NCBI GenBank assembly: GCA_031835245.2
Contig: JAVKOQ020000014.1
Location: 62,001-126,000, forward strand
From: Balamuthia mandrillaris
Taxonomy: Eukaryota
Direction: 5' to 3'
DNA length: 64,000 bases
Shown here: positions 13,536 to 26,619 of the stretch, piece by piece
Position numbering within the stretch: the stretch's first letter is position 1
Layout of the letters: each line of letters begins with the position of its first letter
Made by a program: the position numbers and the translations under genes
The notes under the pieces: model-generated
Database searches by the model: none
What the model saw: only the letters and a program-made list of their open reading frames with translations
Told to the model about the DNA's origin: nothing

Positions 13536-16226
13536 ATGAAGGGCACCACCAGCACGAAAGAAGGAGCAAGAGTCTCTGCTTCTTCTTCTGCCTTTTCCCC
13601 CTCCGCACGCCATCAACTCCAACTGGAGGAGAGCAGGCGAAGAGCTACTGAAGGAGCGGAGGGAGAGCTTCTTCTCCTTCTTCGCCGTCAACGTAATCCT
13701 TCCCCCCATCCCGTTCTTCCAATCGATCACCTCGAAGAAGAACAGCAGGAAGAAGACAACGAAGAGGAAGAGGTTCAAATGATGCAACTCTCCGCCACCC
13801 CATCGACAACCTGTTCTTTGCTTCTGCCTCGTTCCTCTGCTTCCGCCCCTTTCACTTGTGGTGATGACTCCTCCGAAGAGTCCCAGCAAGCCACTCCCCC
13901 TACGCCTTCTTCTTCTTCCTTTGCCTCCTTCTCCACCGCGTCGTCGTCTTCTCATCACAATATGATGTTTCTTTCCAACATTCTCAATGACGACGAGGAA
14001 GAAGAAGAAGCAGACGACACAGAAGAGCCTATGCTCAACAACCACTTCAACACCTGTTATTCGTCCCCTTGTTTTCCGTCTTCTCCTTCTTTTCCGCCTG
14101 CTTCGAACTTGACGTTGGGTGCCACCTCTTCTTCTGTCTTCAAGTATTTGCCGGATGAGCTGGTCATCATTATATTCTCGCACCTCGATGCAAAGGACCT
14201 TCTTATGGTCTCCTGTGTTTGCAGCCATTTTAGTCGGTTGGCCACCGATGACTACATCTGGAAAGTACGTGGCTTATACGTTTCTTTCTTGCTTTGTCTT
14301 CTTCTTCTTCGTTGTTCTACTTTTTCGTTTCTTTCTCCTTTCTTTTTCTTCTGTTGCTCTACTCTTTCCTCTTCTCTTTCCTTGTGTTCTTTATTACCTT
14401 CTGTTCCTGCATTAAACTCCCTTCGCCTGTTTAGCTCAAATGTACAGCGAGGTGGGGCAAACGTATTCGAAAGGAGACAGAACGGCGAAACAGTCAAGAT
14501 GAACGACGATCTCGACAAAAGGTTTCCTTCGTAGTTCTTCTTCTTCTTCTTCTTCTTCTTCTTCTTCTTCTTCTTCTTCTTCTTTTGTTTTCTTCATCTT
14601 CTCTTTCTAACTGTGTTTCCTTTGCACAAAGGTGCAATGGCAATCTGTCTACCGTAACAGATGTCGGCTGGAAAAGAACTGGTTGCAAGGGAAGTACAAG
14701 GGAACCACCATTCAGTACGACTCTGAAATCACCTGCGTACAGCTTGATGACACGAGAATTGCCTCCGGCTCCTACGACTGCAAAATTCAGGTTCGTTCTT
14801 AGTTTTCAGTCCTATCTTTGCTTTCTTCCTTATTCGTTCTTCTCAACATTATTGTGTAGATTTGGAACCTACATGAACCAATAGCACCCATCAAATCCCT
14901 CGTCGGCCACCAGCATCGTGTCTACTGTATGCAATTCAAAGACAACCATTTGGTACGTCTTGTGTCGCTTCTCTCTTCCACTTCTCTTTTCCTCTTTTTT
15001 CTCTTTTCAGTGATCTTGCTTCTTTCTTATCTTTATTATTTTTTTCCAAGCTGAGTGGTTCTGATGATAACACGATGAAATTGTGGAACATCGAAGAGGA
15101 ACAATGTGTACATACTTTTGAAGGTCACCGGAGAGCCATTCGATGTCTTCAATATAACACTGCCGGCGATCTCGTCTCTGGCTCTTATGATAAAACAATC
15201 AAAGGTTTTTTGTCCTTTTTTTTTAAATTTGTTCTTTCTTCTTCCTCTATATTTTCCTTCTTCATTCTCGCACTATTGTTGTGCTCTTTCTTCTCACGAA
15301 AAAAAAAACAAACAACAGTTTGGAACATGGAACGGAAAATGGAAGTCTGCACGATTGCAGGGCACGCCTGTTGTATATGCTGTTTAAAGTTTGATGAGGA
15401 GCTAATTGTGAGTGGCTCCTTTAGAAAGATAACCCTTTGGGATCGTCGCACCTACAAACAAATCACGTATGGCTTCCTTCTCCTTCTCCTTCTCCTCCTT
15501 TCTCCTTCTTTCTAATAACCTCTTTAAACATCTAGAGATTTGATTGGTCATGAAAACTGGGTAACCGTATGTATTTCCTTCTCTCTTTCTGTTGTTTTTC
15601 GTCTCCTTTGCCAACTTAAGTTTAACGCTTGTACGTTATACTGTAAATAGAGTCTCCAATTCGACAAAGAAAAAGTGGTATCAGGTTCAATGGACAACAG
15701 CATAAAACTCTGGGATCTACGTTACACTCGGCGTTGCTACGTATGACTTCTTATTTTTACTTTCCTTCTTCTCATTTCGTTTTTATACTAACTTTTGATA
15801 TAAATAGTCGAACTTAACTGGACATGAGAAGCGTGTTCGTTGCATTCAATACGATGACTTGAAACTGTGTAGTGGAAGTTACGATTTTACGTTAAAGGTA
15901 TCTCTTTCTCTCTCTTTCCTCTCTTTCTCGTTTCTCTTTCTCTCTTTCCCTCTCTCTCTCTCTCTCTCTTTGCTTCTCTTACCGCTAAACGAACAGGTGT
16001 GGGATTGGAAAACGGGAACATGTCTAAGTACGCTAAAAGGCCACAGCGCCTCTGCTCGATGTCTCCATTTCAACGACTACCAACTCGTCAGCGGCTCTCT
16101 TGATAAAACCATCAAAGTAACTTTTCTCTCCCCTTTTTGTTTACCGTTTCTTCACACCTGTGGCTAACGACGAACATTTTTCTCTCTACCAAGATATGGG
16201 ACTTTGCGGATGGTGTGTTTAGTTGA
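13536..16226 (+). CDS. F-box/WD40 repeat protein (FBXW7/beta-TrCP-like SCF substrate receptor), multi-exon
   Basis: F-box YLPDELVIIIFSHLDAKDLLMVSCVCSHFSRLATDDYIWK; WD40 repeats GHRRAIRCLQY...LVSGSYDKTIK, GHSASARCLHF...LVSGSLDKTIK|IWDF. Confidence 0.9.
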
Positions 16227-16523
16227 GATGTTGTTTTTGCTTAACGGACTTGTTTTTCCGTTTGCCCATAGCAACAACGAACAAAACTACAAACGACTGC
16301 AACTGTTTGTTGTTTTTTTTGTCTTCCTTATCACGTTGATTTTGCTTCTCTTACAAGCTACAAAGATGAAGTAAGAGACAGAAAGCAAAAACATATTGAG
16401 AGCAGCAGCCACGCAATGGATCTTCTCTTCAAGCATTGAGCAAGACAAATACTTTCTTCGAAGATAAACAATCGGTTCATCATGTAAATAACCTTTCTTC
16501 TCTCTCTCCTCTCTCGCGCTTTC

Positions 16524-17802
16524 CTACATCTCCGCATCTTCTTCTTCGTAATATACTTCCTCCTCATCAAAATCGTATCCTTCCTCCTCTGCCCTCCGTG
16601 CGCGCTCCTTCTCTACCCTCTCCCGCATCTCCGCAAACCAACTCCTCTCTCTCGCCCAATCCAAGTCGCTGTCCGCAAAGACGTCTCCCCACATGCTGCC
16701 GCGCGTGAGGTATCCTCTCTCCTCGCATTGCCCCAACCAGTACTTGCACTGTTCCTCTCTCTTGCGAAGGGACGACAAGCAGGCCATGTTGAAGTACTTC
16801 CATTTGTTGAAGTCGTCGAGGTTGAGGAACATGGCCTCGGCTTTGCTGAACAGCACCTCCGCCTCCATTTTGCGTTGTTGCTCCGCTTCGTGCTTCTTCT
16901 CCTCTGCCCATTGTTGTTGTTGCTGTTGCTCGATTTCGCTGACAACGGATGCTTCCAACCCGCCGTTAAACGACTCATCTTTTTTGAAAAAAGAAAGAGC
17001 AGATAAGACGAACAAAGGAGCGAAGGAGGAGAAGAGGAAATAACAGAACAAACCGGTGAGGTACGCTTGGGCGGCGACTGCAGGGCAGTTCTGTAGCAGC
17101 ACGGCAAGGCACAGGATGGCAGCACCCCAGTTGTCGCCCAAATCGGTGTAGCCGTTCTGGCGTGCCTTCTCGCAAACGAAGCAGCACTAGCGCAATTGTT
17201 TAATGGAAAGACCAAAGCAAAGCGAAGCAAAGCAAAGCAAAGGAAGAAGAACAGAAAAGTGAAAAGGCTACCTCTCTGATAAGCATCTCCGCTGTACCAA
17301 CGTCATTCCGTTTAGGATACTTGATGTGGCCATGCACCATGAGGCGATGAGCAAGCACATGCACCACATCCCATTGCGGCTCCGAAGACTTGCCGTCTAT
17401 GCTCCTCCAAAAAGTGGGGAGAGTGCACAGCGCCTCGAAAGCCACTAGAAAGCACATGTCCGAGTGCAGCTCCTTGTCCTTGTGGTTGCTATAGTCTTCT
17501 CCCAAGTCAAAGAAAAACTTGGCTTTTCGCATCATAAACTGCCTCGTCAAGCAAGAGCGAGCAAAGGGTAGCAAGAGCGAGAGAAAGATAGAGCGTGAAA
17601 GGGGAGAGAGAGATAGAAAGATAGAGGGTAGCGAGAGCGAGAGAAAGATAGAGCGTGAAAGGGGAGAGAGAGAGAAGAAGAAGAAGAAGAAGAAGAAGAA
17701 GAAGAAGAAGAAGAAGAAGAAGAAGAAGAAGAAGAAGAAGAAGAAGAAGAAGAAGAAGAACAAGAAGAAGAAGAAGAAGAAGAAGAAGAAGAAGAAGAAG
17801 AA

Positions 17803-17833
<31 letters not shown>

Positions 17834-18914
17834 AAGAAGAAGAAGAAGAAGAAGAAGAAGAAGAAGAAGAAGAAGAAGAAGAAGAAGAAGAAGAACAAGA
17901 AGAAGGAAGAAGAAGAACAAGAAGAAGAAGAAGAAGAAGAAGAAGAAGAAGAAGAAGAAGAAGAAGAAGAAGAAGAAGAAGAAGAAGAAGAAGAAGAAGA
18001 ACAAGAAGAAGAAGAACAAGAACAAGAACAAGAACAAGAAGAACAAGAACAAGAACAAGAACAAGAAGAACAATATAAGCATGAGAGAAACAAAAAGACT
18101 GACAGCTAGCCAACGAAGAGAAGAATGGTAGGTACAGTACCAACTTGAGATATTTGGGATCAACGCTGAGGCGCAGCAGCTCTTGAGCGAACGCTGCCAG
18201 CTGGAACGCTCGCTTCCACTTGGCATCCAGCTTGTGCCTCAACGCCAAAACGTCCCTCCAAAAGGAGGCAGGAGGAGGGGAAGGAGCACCACCGCCTGCC
18301 TGTTGTTCTTGTTGGTCTTGTTGCTGCTGGCGGCGATGGTGGAGGGCCTTGTGGTGTCTCAGCAGAGCGTGGTGCAAGTTGGTCACGAAGCGAGGGAACC
18401 TCGTTCTCTCCTCCCTCTCCTCCTCTCTCTCCAGCCTTGTAGTTTCATGCGAAGCAGCAGAATAAGAAGAAGAAGAAGGCAGTGGAGGTGGCTCGTGTTC
18501 GTCATAGGGCTGCTGCTGGTCGTTCATATCGACATTCCGAGGCTGTTGTGGGTCGGAGTACGTGTCCTGCAAACCAACCTCTTCTTGCTCTCGTGGTGGT
18601 GGTTGTTCTGGTTCTCCCGGACGAGGGGCGGAAGAGGAAACCGCTGCCTCTGCTGCTGCTGCTGCCTCTTCAGCGGGGAGGAGAAGCAGCGGCGGCAGGC
18701 GGTAGCTCAGAGGGAAAAGGCGGGAGTAGCGGTGGTACCACACGTGGTTGTCACCGGCGAGGCCCCTCCACGCAGCGCTCACCACCAGCGCGCTCGGCAT
18801 GGACTTGAGGTCCAGGAAGGAGAAGATGTGCAGGCATAGCTCTCCCGGCAGATACTCGCAAAAGTCTGCAGCAGCAACAGCAGCGGTACCGCTCTTCTTC
18901 TCTTCTTCTGCCAT
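16524..18914 (-). CDS. F-box protein with uncharacterised helical C-terminal region, multi-exon
   Basis: N-terminal F-box YLPGELCLHIFSFLDLKSMPSALVVSAAWRGLAGDNHVW; further coding exons near 17270-17540, 17055-17190 and 16524-16980. Confidence 0.75.
17565..18070. repeat. Intronic 60-bp tandem duplication followed by a (GAA)n array
   Basis: GAGAAAGATAGAGCGTGAAAGGGGAGAGAGAG recurs at 17581 and 17641; (GAA)n with CAA interruptions at 17674-18070. Confidence 0.9.
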
Positions 18915-19604
18915 TTTTTTCTTTCGAGTAGTACAATTTTTGTAGACAAATCTTCATGACGACGTGATTAGAGTTACCATGTCGTCTTGAGAAAGGAGTT
19001 ATTGTCTCATCGATATAGAGGCCAATGCAGCGGATGGCTCTCTCCGCTGTTGCAAAGAGGGTTCTGGGGTGGCAACCTCGGACGTGCCTATTCTTCCGGT
19101 GACAAGGGAGCGTGTGAGAAGGTAAGTCCAAATGCTTGTTGTAGACAGGCATCCCCATCCGGTCGACTTTGAGGAAGTACCTCCATTCCGTTGGCCACCC
19201 TTTTTCATAGGCTGCTCCCGGAAGAACTCTCTTCTGGTTTGAGCAGAAGTTTTTCTCGATAGAAAGCCACCGTGTGGCATCTTCGTCGGAGAATTGAAGG
19301 TAGGAGCAAGGAACAAAACAGGGGTGACGAGATGGTCATCGATAAGTTTTTGTTGTTGTTGTTGTTGTTGTTGCTATACAAAGGCGTATATACGCCCTTT
19401 GAAAAACAAAAGGGGTTGTTTGTTGTTGTACAATGCTAGCTCCTCCTCGTTGGGCACCGCATTCACACGTTGTTGGTTGCTGCTCGTCACCTTTTTCTCA
19501 TTATGCTCGTTCTTCCTCTCTTCCTCCTATCTTCCACTGAAAAGAGAGCCGGCAGCAAGCAACAGTGCTTCGTTTCTGCTCCTCTTCATTCGTTCGTTTC
19601 GACA

Positions 19605-21739
19605 TTAAGCCACAGTGTCCTCGTCCTCGTCCTCCTCCTCTTCCTCCCGTCTGATCCTCTCCACTTCCTCCTCCAACCTTGCCAACAACAAAGATGGTCG
19701 TCGAATGATGCTGCTCTTATTCTTTTTCCCTTTTCCTTCGCCTTCCATTTGTTGCTCCTCTCCTGTTTCTCGACTCTTCTTCGTCTTGGTCACCTTCCTC
19801 TTCATTTTCTTCAGACCGGAAGAAGCGCCTTTGATGGTTTCCGTAGATCCACTGCGAAACAGAGTCGTCAAGTCCGGCTGAGAGCAAAACGCCCTCCTCG
19901 GCAGCCTAGCGCTCTGCGACTCCAAGCCTCCTGGCCCCCCGTCCGAGGAGGCGGAGAGGGACCAGCTGCGCGTCCTCTGGCTGAGGGCCTTCTTGCTCTG
20001 CGTCCGCCGGACGGTGCTCATGCTGTCCTTCATCTCCTTGTTGAAGCGTTTGTCTCGCATGGGGACGTAGGCCTGTGGGTCACAGTAGGTGGGGTGCTCC
20101 TGGAAGAACTTCTTGTAGCCGCCCTCCAGCACGTACAGCTCCGGGTAGTAGAGTTTGGGGTAGCAGTCGGCGTGCTCCTTGCGATCCCAGCTGCGAAGAA
20201 AGCGAGTCCTGAAAGGAAAAATATGAAGAGAGAGAAAAAAAGAGCCTTTAGTTTCCATACCATTTTTTTATTTTTTTTTAATAGCATTTTTTTTGTTGTT
20301 GTTTTCTTTTTCTTTTTCTTTTTCTTCTTTTTCTTTTTCTTTTTCTTTTTCTTTTTCTTTTTCTTTTTCTTTTTTCTTTTCTTTTTGGATATTTTTGTTC
20401 GCAATGTGCATTCATTCATTCGATCACAAAGCAAAAGAGAAAGCAAAAGAATAAAGAAAACGAGGGAGAGAGAGAGAGAGAGAGAAGCATGAAAAGGAGA
20501 GACGTACAAGTTGGGTCCACGGTGCGACGAAAACTCACAGTGAAAGACGATGCAGACCCGCTCTCCAAGAGCGGACGGCTCGTCCATAAACTTCTCCTTG
20601 ACCTCCTGCTGGGTGCTCAGGTTGAGCGCCCCCCGGATGTGCCCGCCGTCAAACTCGTAGCCAAAGCGCCCATCGATGATGTGCACGGCGTCGTACCGGT
20701 GGCTGAAGCGTCCCTCCAGCAGGTCCACCAGGGTGTCGGGGGAGATGCAGTTCAGGTCCGAGGGAGAGGCGTGAGCCAAGGTGGGCAGCACCAGGGTCGG
20801 CATCATCATGTTGTTAGAGTCCGAGGTATTGCGACGGCCGGCGAGGAACCAGGAAGAGTCCACCGAGTGGGTCAACGAGGGACGGGCCAGGGCAGCAGCG
20901 GAAGAAGAGGAGGAATCGGAACAGGTGGTGGCAATGCTGGAAGATGAAGCGGAGAGTTGGCGTTGAGAGAGAATGGACTTGCGCATGGCCTCACAGGAGA
21001 GTTTCTTGGTGGGTCGTGCTTGGGTTCCGGCTGTGGCGACGGTGTATCTCCGAAAGCGCCGTTCTTGTTGTTGCTCTGGATCGCCGCTGTGGCTCGTTTT
21101 GTGCTTGCTGGAAGAAGAGGGAGGTTTGTAGGGAGAGATGAGGACGTTGGGGCTCCTGTTCTCCTGCTCGCTTCGGTCTTCTTCCACCATGTTGTGGCGG
21201 TCGACACTTTTGTTGTTGTTGACGTTGGGATGAAGGTCGGAAGACGAGGTAGACACGGAGCAGGAAAGAAGAGTAGGAAGGGCAAGATGGTTGTTGTGTT
21301 GAGGAAGCCCTTTGCCAAAGCCGCTGGGCGAGTCCTCGTCAAAGAGAGGACAGGGGCTGCGAAGCGCCTTTCGTTTGAGCGAGTTGGAGCGCTCCCTCGA
21401 CAAGAGGTTCTCCGGGGGGGTGGTCGGCTCTTCCTTTGCCGAGGAGGACGAAGCAGCATCGACCGCAGGAGGAGCTCCCGTGAGGAGAACAGAGGGATGG
21501 TTGTGGTGCGTGTGGTGGCTCTTAGAAGAGGGGGCGGTCGGCACTTTGAAGATGGCTTGGTCCTTCTTCTCCTCGCCGGAGGCGAAGAGGTTGCGGCAAA
21601 CGTTGACCTCCGGGTCGGCGGACGAAGAAGAGCACTTGTTGGAAGAGGAGGGAAGATCTTCCATCGTGGACATGGTGGTAAAGTCCATGGCCAGTTTGGA
21701 GATGGGGGAGAGAGCGTTCTGGGAGCAAACTTCAAACAT
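19605..21739 (-). CDS. cdc25: Cdc25 / M-phase inducer phosphatase (rhodanese fold); an extra 5' exon is possible
   Basis: CISPDTLVDLLEG...IIDGRFGYEFDGGHIRGALNL...IVFHCEFSSHRGP|...RFLRSWDR...YPKLYYPELYVLEGGYKKFF...YCDPQAYVPM. Confidence 0.93.
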
Positions 21740-22046
21740 CTTGGAGCGAAAAAAAAAAAAGTAACAACAAACAAACAAACAAACAAACAAAAAATAAAGA
21801 AGAGAAAGGGAAAAAAAATGGTGTATCACAGTGTGTGTTTCAGTTTTAGTTTTTTGGAGGAAGGAGAACGAGGAACGAGAGGAAGGAGTGTGTGGGTCAG
21901 TCTAGAGAAGCGTGGCTGAGGTTCTCATATACTGAGTTCTTGGAATGAAGCTTTTGGGCCTCCAGATTTATAAGACCTATAGTGACCGTTACAGCCGGTC
22001 GTTAAATACTGATTTCTTTCTTTTTCATATCCCCTGAAAAAAAAAA

Positions 22047-22055
22047 GGCGGGAAA
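22047..22055. promoter_or_regulatory. E2F-like site in the divergent cdc25/PI3K promoter region
   Basis: GGCGGGAAA (TTTCCCGCC on the cdc25 strand) about 300 bp upstream of the cdc25 ATG. Confidence 0.5.
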
Positions 22056-22727
22056 GCCACGCGTCGACAGAAATCATTTGACTTTTATTTCCATAAATGC
22101 GTTCCCAACGGTCCCACCTTTTCCAAATAGGGCCACATTAATGAATTCGTCCGCAAATAATAATGGGCCACGTGAACAGATTTTGTGGACAAGCAACCCT
22201 CAACCAACCCACAGTAAAATTTTTGCATTTTCTTAAAAGTTAAAGAATCAAATTTCCCAATCAAAAAAAATAAAAGAAAAAAAACGATCAAAATTGAAAC
22301 CGGGTAGCCGACCGATTAAAAATTAATCCAAGAGAAGCCTCCCTTCCCCCCCTTCTTGAAAGAAGAGAGAGAACAGAAAAGAAGCGAAAGAAAAAGGGGG
22401 AGTAGCGGTTGTGGAGTTGATGCCAATCCTTTCTCTTGTGAAATTGGCGTAACCGACACTACACTACGTAGAGAGAGAGAAGAGACATCGTCGACGTTGG
22501 ATTTGATTCATTATTATTTTTTATTTGGTACGAACCGATTCCCCATCTTTCTTGTTTTTTTTTTTTTAAAAACTCGGTTCGTTATTCTTTTTTCTGGTTG
22601 GTTTTTTTCTCTCCTGTTCGTTGTGGTCTAATCTTTCTTTTTAAAAAAATATTCTTGCCTTGTGTTGTCTTTCTTGTCATCCAACCAAAGGAGAGGAGAG
22701 GGAGCATAGTCGGCATCATCGACCAGC

Positions 22728-25668
22728 ATGAGTAGCACTACCACCACCACCGCTTCTTCTTCTTCTCCTTCTGCTTCGCCCCAAAAGAGAGCGACGCCTA
22801 CAGACGTCGCGGAGGACCGCAACGGCGACAAAGAAAGAAGAAAGAGAGAGGTGGACAAGATACGGCAACGGATGGAGGAACGCGGGACAAGAGGGCAAGG
22901 AGACGGAAGCAACAGTCGAGTCGCACGACGCGCGAGCTCCTCCTCCAACCTCCATAAAATCGTTTCCCCTTGCTCTTCCCCCTCTTCTTCAGCGGACAAA
23001 CAACCAACCAAAGAGCGACGCTCCACCTCTGCCATTTCCTCTGCCCCCGTCAGACGCTCCGACAAGCGGAGCCCCACCCAAAACGGCCAAAGCCTCAGAA
23101 CCGCGACTTCCTCCAGCAGAAGTAGTTCTTCTTCTTCGTCGTCGTCGTCGTCGTCGTCTTCTTCTTCAACTACCACCACGAATAGACCGCGGAGAAGTTC
23201 TTCTTCGGGTAAAGAAGACGATAGAAATTCTGGAGGAGGAAGCGGCTCCAATCGAGAAAGAAAAGGAACCGGCCGAAGTACTCGTTCCAACTCTCATTCT
23301 CGTCCCTCTCGCTCGTCCTCCTCTTCTTCTTCCTCCTCATCTCGAAAAGATTCGGAACAGAACAATAGCAAAGATAAACAGAACAATAAAAATAGCAAAG
23401 AAGCAGAAGGGGATGAGGAAGGTAAGGAAAATGGAGATGAAGGAGATATCCTTCATCATGACTCTCCGGCGGGAAGTCTTGATGCGGATTCTATCTTGAA
23501 AGAGGCCGAAGAGTTTTTGGAGGGATTCAAAGATGAGGACATTCAACTAGCACTTCAAGAGGACGATGGAGAACGGCAACAGCAACAACACGTGTATACA
23601 AAGTCTTTGGCGGAAGAGATAAATTCTGACTCTGAAACGAGCGAGTCAACGGTTTCTTCCTCTCCTGCTGGAACGAGAACGGCGACAACAACTACTACTC
23701 CAAGCTCTCTTTCTTCTCCCTCCTCAGGAGAAGATGAGGAGGAGGAAGAAGTAGAAGAGTTTGAAATAAGAACGAGGAGAAGCAACAGAAAAAGGAATGA
23801 GGGAGAGGCTGAGGAAGGGGAAGAGGAAGAAAGAGAAGAGAAGGGAGCGCGCAAGAAAGAGAAAGAGGGCGGAGAACGAAATAGAACATGGACGCGAAGC
23901 GTAGGATGGTTCAACAAAGGCAGCCCCAGCAAGCTGCGACCACAACCCAAATCTCCCTTACTTCTTTCCAGCGGACGCCGGCTGCAAGCCAGAGAAATCA
24001 TTGCAGGAGAACGTGGAGGAGACTCTTCCTCCATTTCTTCTTTCATCCACAACCACAACATTCATCAACACAACAATAATGCTTCCACAACAGAGCACAA
24101 CTGTCATACTTTTGATGTAGCACAACTGAGAAGACCTTCTGTAGATGCCAGTGGCAGCAGCGATGGAGAGGACACCAGCAGTGAAGGCAGTTGGATCTCG
24201 CGTAGCGGAGGGAGTGGAAGTGGAAGTGGAAGCGCATCTCCTACCTCTGCGGATCCTTCGAGAAAATTCAAAGTTGAGGAGAGCTCTGCAAGTCACAGCA
24301 CCACCAACAGTTCCGATAAAGTACTTTTTCTTTTCTTTTCTCTTCTCTAACCTAATCTCATTTTTTATTACTCAATCCTCTTTTTAACAATAAGAATCCT
24401 TCTTCGCCATTACTACAGGAAGGGGTGGCCAATCGCAACAAACGAGGCAAGGTCACCAAAGCATCCTCCTCCCTGGACTCGTTTGACCGCCCCTCCAACG
24501 TACTGCGTCGCTCCAATCCTGTTCATGCCAACTTTTCTCAACTGGCTCGCTCTCGCTCTGTCACCAACACCACCGTTGATTCTATCCTCTCGCGTAGTTA
24601 TTCTAGTGGCAACATTGAAAAGGTTTGTAGCTTTGAGTCTCCTTCATTCTTGTTATCACTTTTGTTTTGTATTGTTTTGTTTTGTGCTCTTATCTTTTCT
24701 AACCAATTCTTTGAAAAATATAGCGCGAATTTGTAACGATCAAGTTCAAGTTGCGCAATCAAACGATTCGAGTGCAAGTTCCAGACGCATGGAATCCCAC
24801 TAAAATCAAAGAAGAGGTGCTGTTAAAAGCAATGGAGGTTTTGGCCTCAACGCCCTGCCGTGAGAACGAGGAAGAAGCCAACTCGCTGAAACCTCCTGTA
24901 GACTATATCCTAAAGATTCGTGGAGTGGAGTATTATCTCACGAACGACAATCTGCCGCTGCATCGGGTGGATGTCATTCAAGTTTGCAAGAAGAGCTATA
25001 TTTCGGCCCCTTTGGAGATGCTTACGCGTCCCCCTGATGAAGTCATCGTACGTTTCTCTGTCTCTATTCCTCTTCTCTCTCTCTCTCTCTCTTGGTATAA
25101 CCTATTTTTCTTTGTGAGTATCTCATTCACTCTTTCTCTATCATTTATCAATCGTTTAACACCTCATTTCCTCTTTTATTATTTTCTTGTTGCTTTACTC
25201 ACTTCTCAATTCTGCAATTAAAGCAAACGGCAGAAGAGCAGCTGAATGTGCGCAGTAAAATGCACTCTGAGCTCACGCTCTACAGAGAAGTGTTTGAACT
25301 CACCAACAACCCGCTCACTGGGAATCCTTTGAAGCAGCTTCTGGCTTCGGGTCATGCCGAAGCCGCCAGCTTTCGCAAACGCATCGCCCGCTCTCGTCGT
25401 TCAGTGATGAAAGCACGATCAGACTCTACCAATAGCATCAATAACAACGTTGCCGCAACATCCACTTCATCGTCAACGGCTGCATCAACGTCATCGTCAT
25501 CATCGTCATCATCGACAAGACGGAAGTATAACACTGAATTTTTGCCGCAGTACAGAGAGTCGGAGCCGGTTCCACTTCACGTGCCGGAGAAGATAGACTT
25601 TATTTGTTATTTGCCGGGAAAGAACGAGGAAAAGAGCACTATTGACTGTACCCCTGATCAGGTATCTC

Positions 25669-25711
<43 letters not shown>

Positions 25712-26583
25712 TCCCTCTCTCCCCAAGCTTTCTGTTGTTCTTCTTCTTCTTCCATATCTTTTCTTTGATTGGTCATTGATGTTATCACCCACTAACGTAC
25801 AATCTTCTCTAATTCTCATTTTTATCTTAGTCGGTGGATGAGCTCACAAAGACAGCCTTCAACAAGTTTAGGCGAGTAGATTTGGAGGCCACTCGCAACA
25901 CAACCTATACGGACTACATCCTGAAAGTGACAGGACTAAAGGAGTACCTCTTTGGCCAGAGGAAGCTTATCTCTTACGACTATATAAGAAAGAGTTTGGG
26001 GAAGAAGCAGAAAATTTCGCTTAGTTTGGTGCCGCTCTCAGAGGTGGATCTCATGATTCCCAAACCGGTTGATCAATCCATCGTTGATATGGTTTGTTTC
26101 TTCCTCTGTTTCTCTCTCTCTCTCGTTTAGAGAAATGATACTAAGTTTCATTATAAAACAGATTTTGTGCAGAGAAAAGGATCCCGACTTAGAGATAATT
26201 TCGCTGAAGAAGGCTCTCCGTAAGAGCGTGAAGGACGTGGAGCATCAGCTGCGCGTGAAAATAAGCGGCGTGGAGAATGTAGATAACTTTAATCAGCTTT
26301 ACAACGAGCTGAAGCTGGCTCAGAAGAAAAAGAAGGAGAAGGTGAAAGAAAATGAAGAGAAGGCGGCCAAGAAGGCCTATTGTCTCTTCCTAGTAGCTCA
26401 GCTCTATCATGGCGACTCGCCGATCGCGGATGACATGTACACAAGCTCCTTGCTCTACAGCAACAATCCACTTTGGAATGAGTGGCTGGTCACTTCGCTT
26501 CGTCTCAAAGATATTCCTAGGGTTTGTTGTTTTCTCAATTCTTTCAATCTTTCTTCATTTGTTATTGTTTGCCCTTTCGGTTC

Positions 26584-26619
<36 letters not shown>

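Noticed and set aside
20957..21919. 320-aa plus-strand ORF
   Set aside because: Antisense shadow of the GC-rich cdc25 exon.
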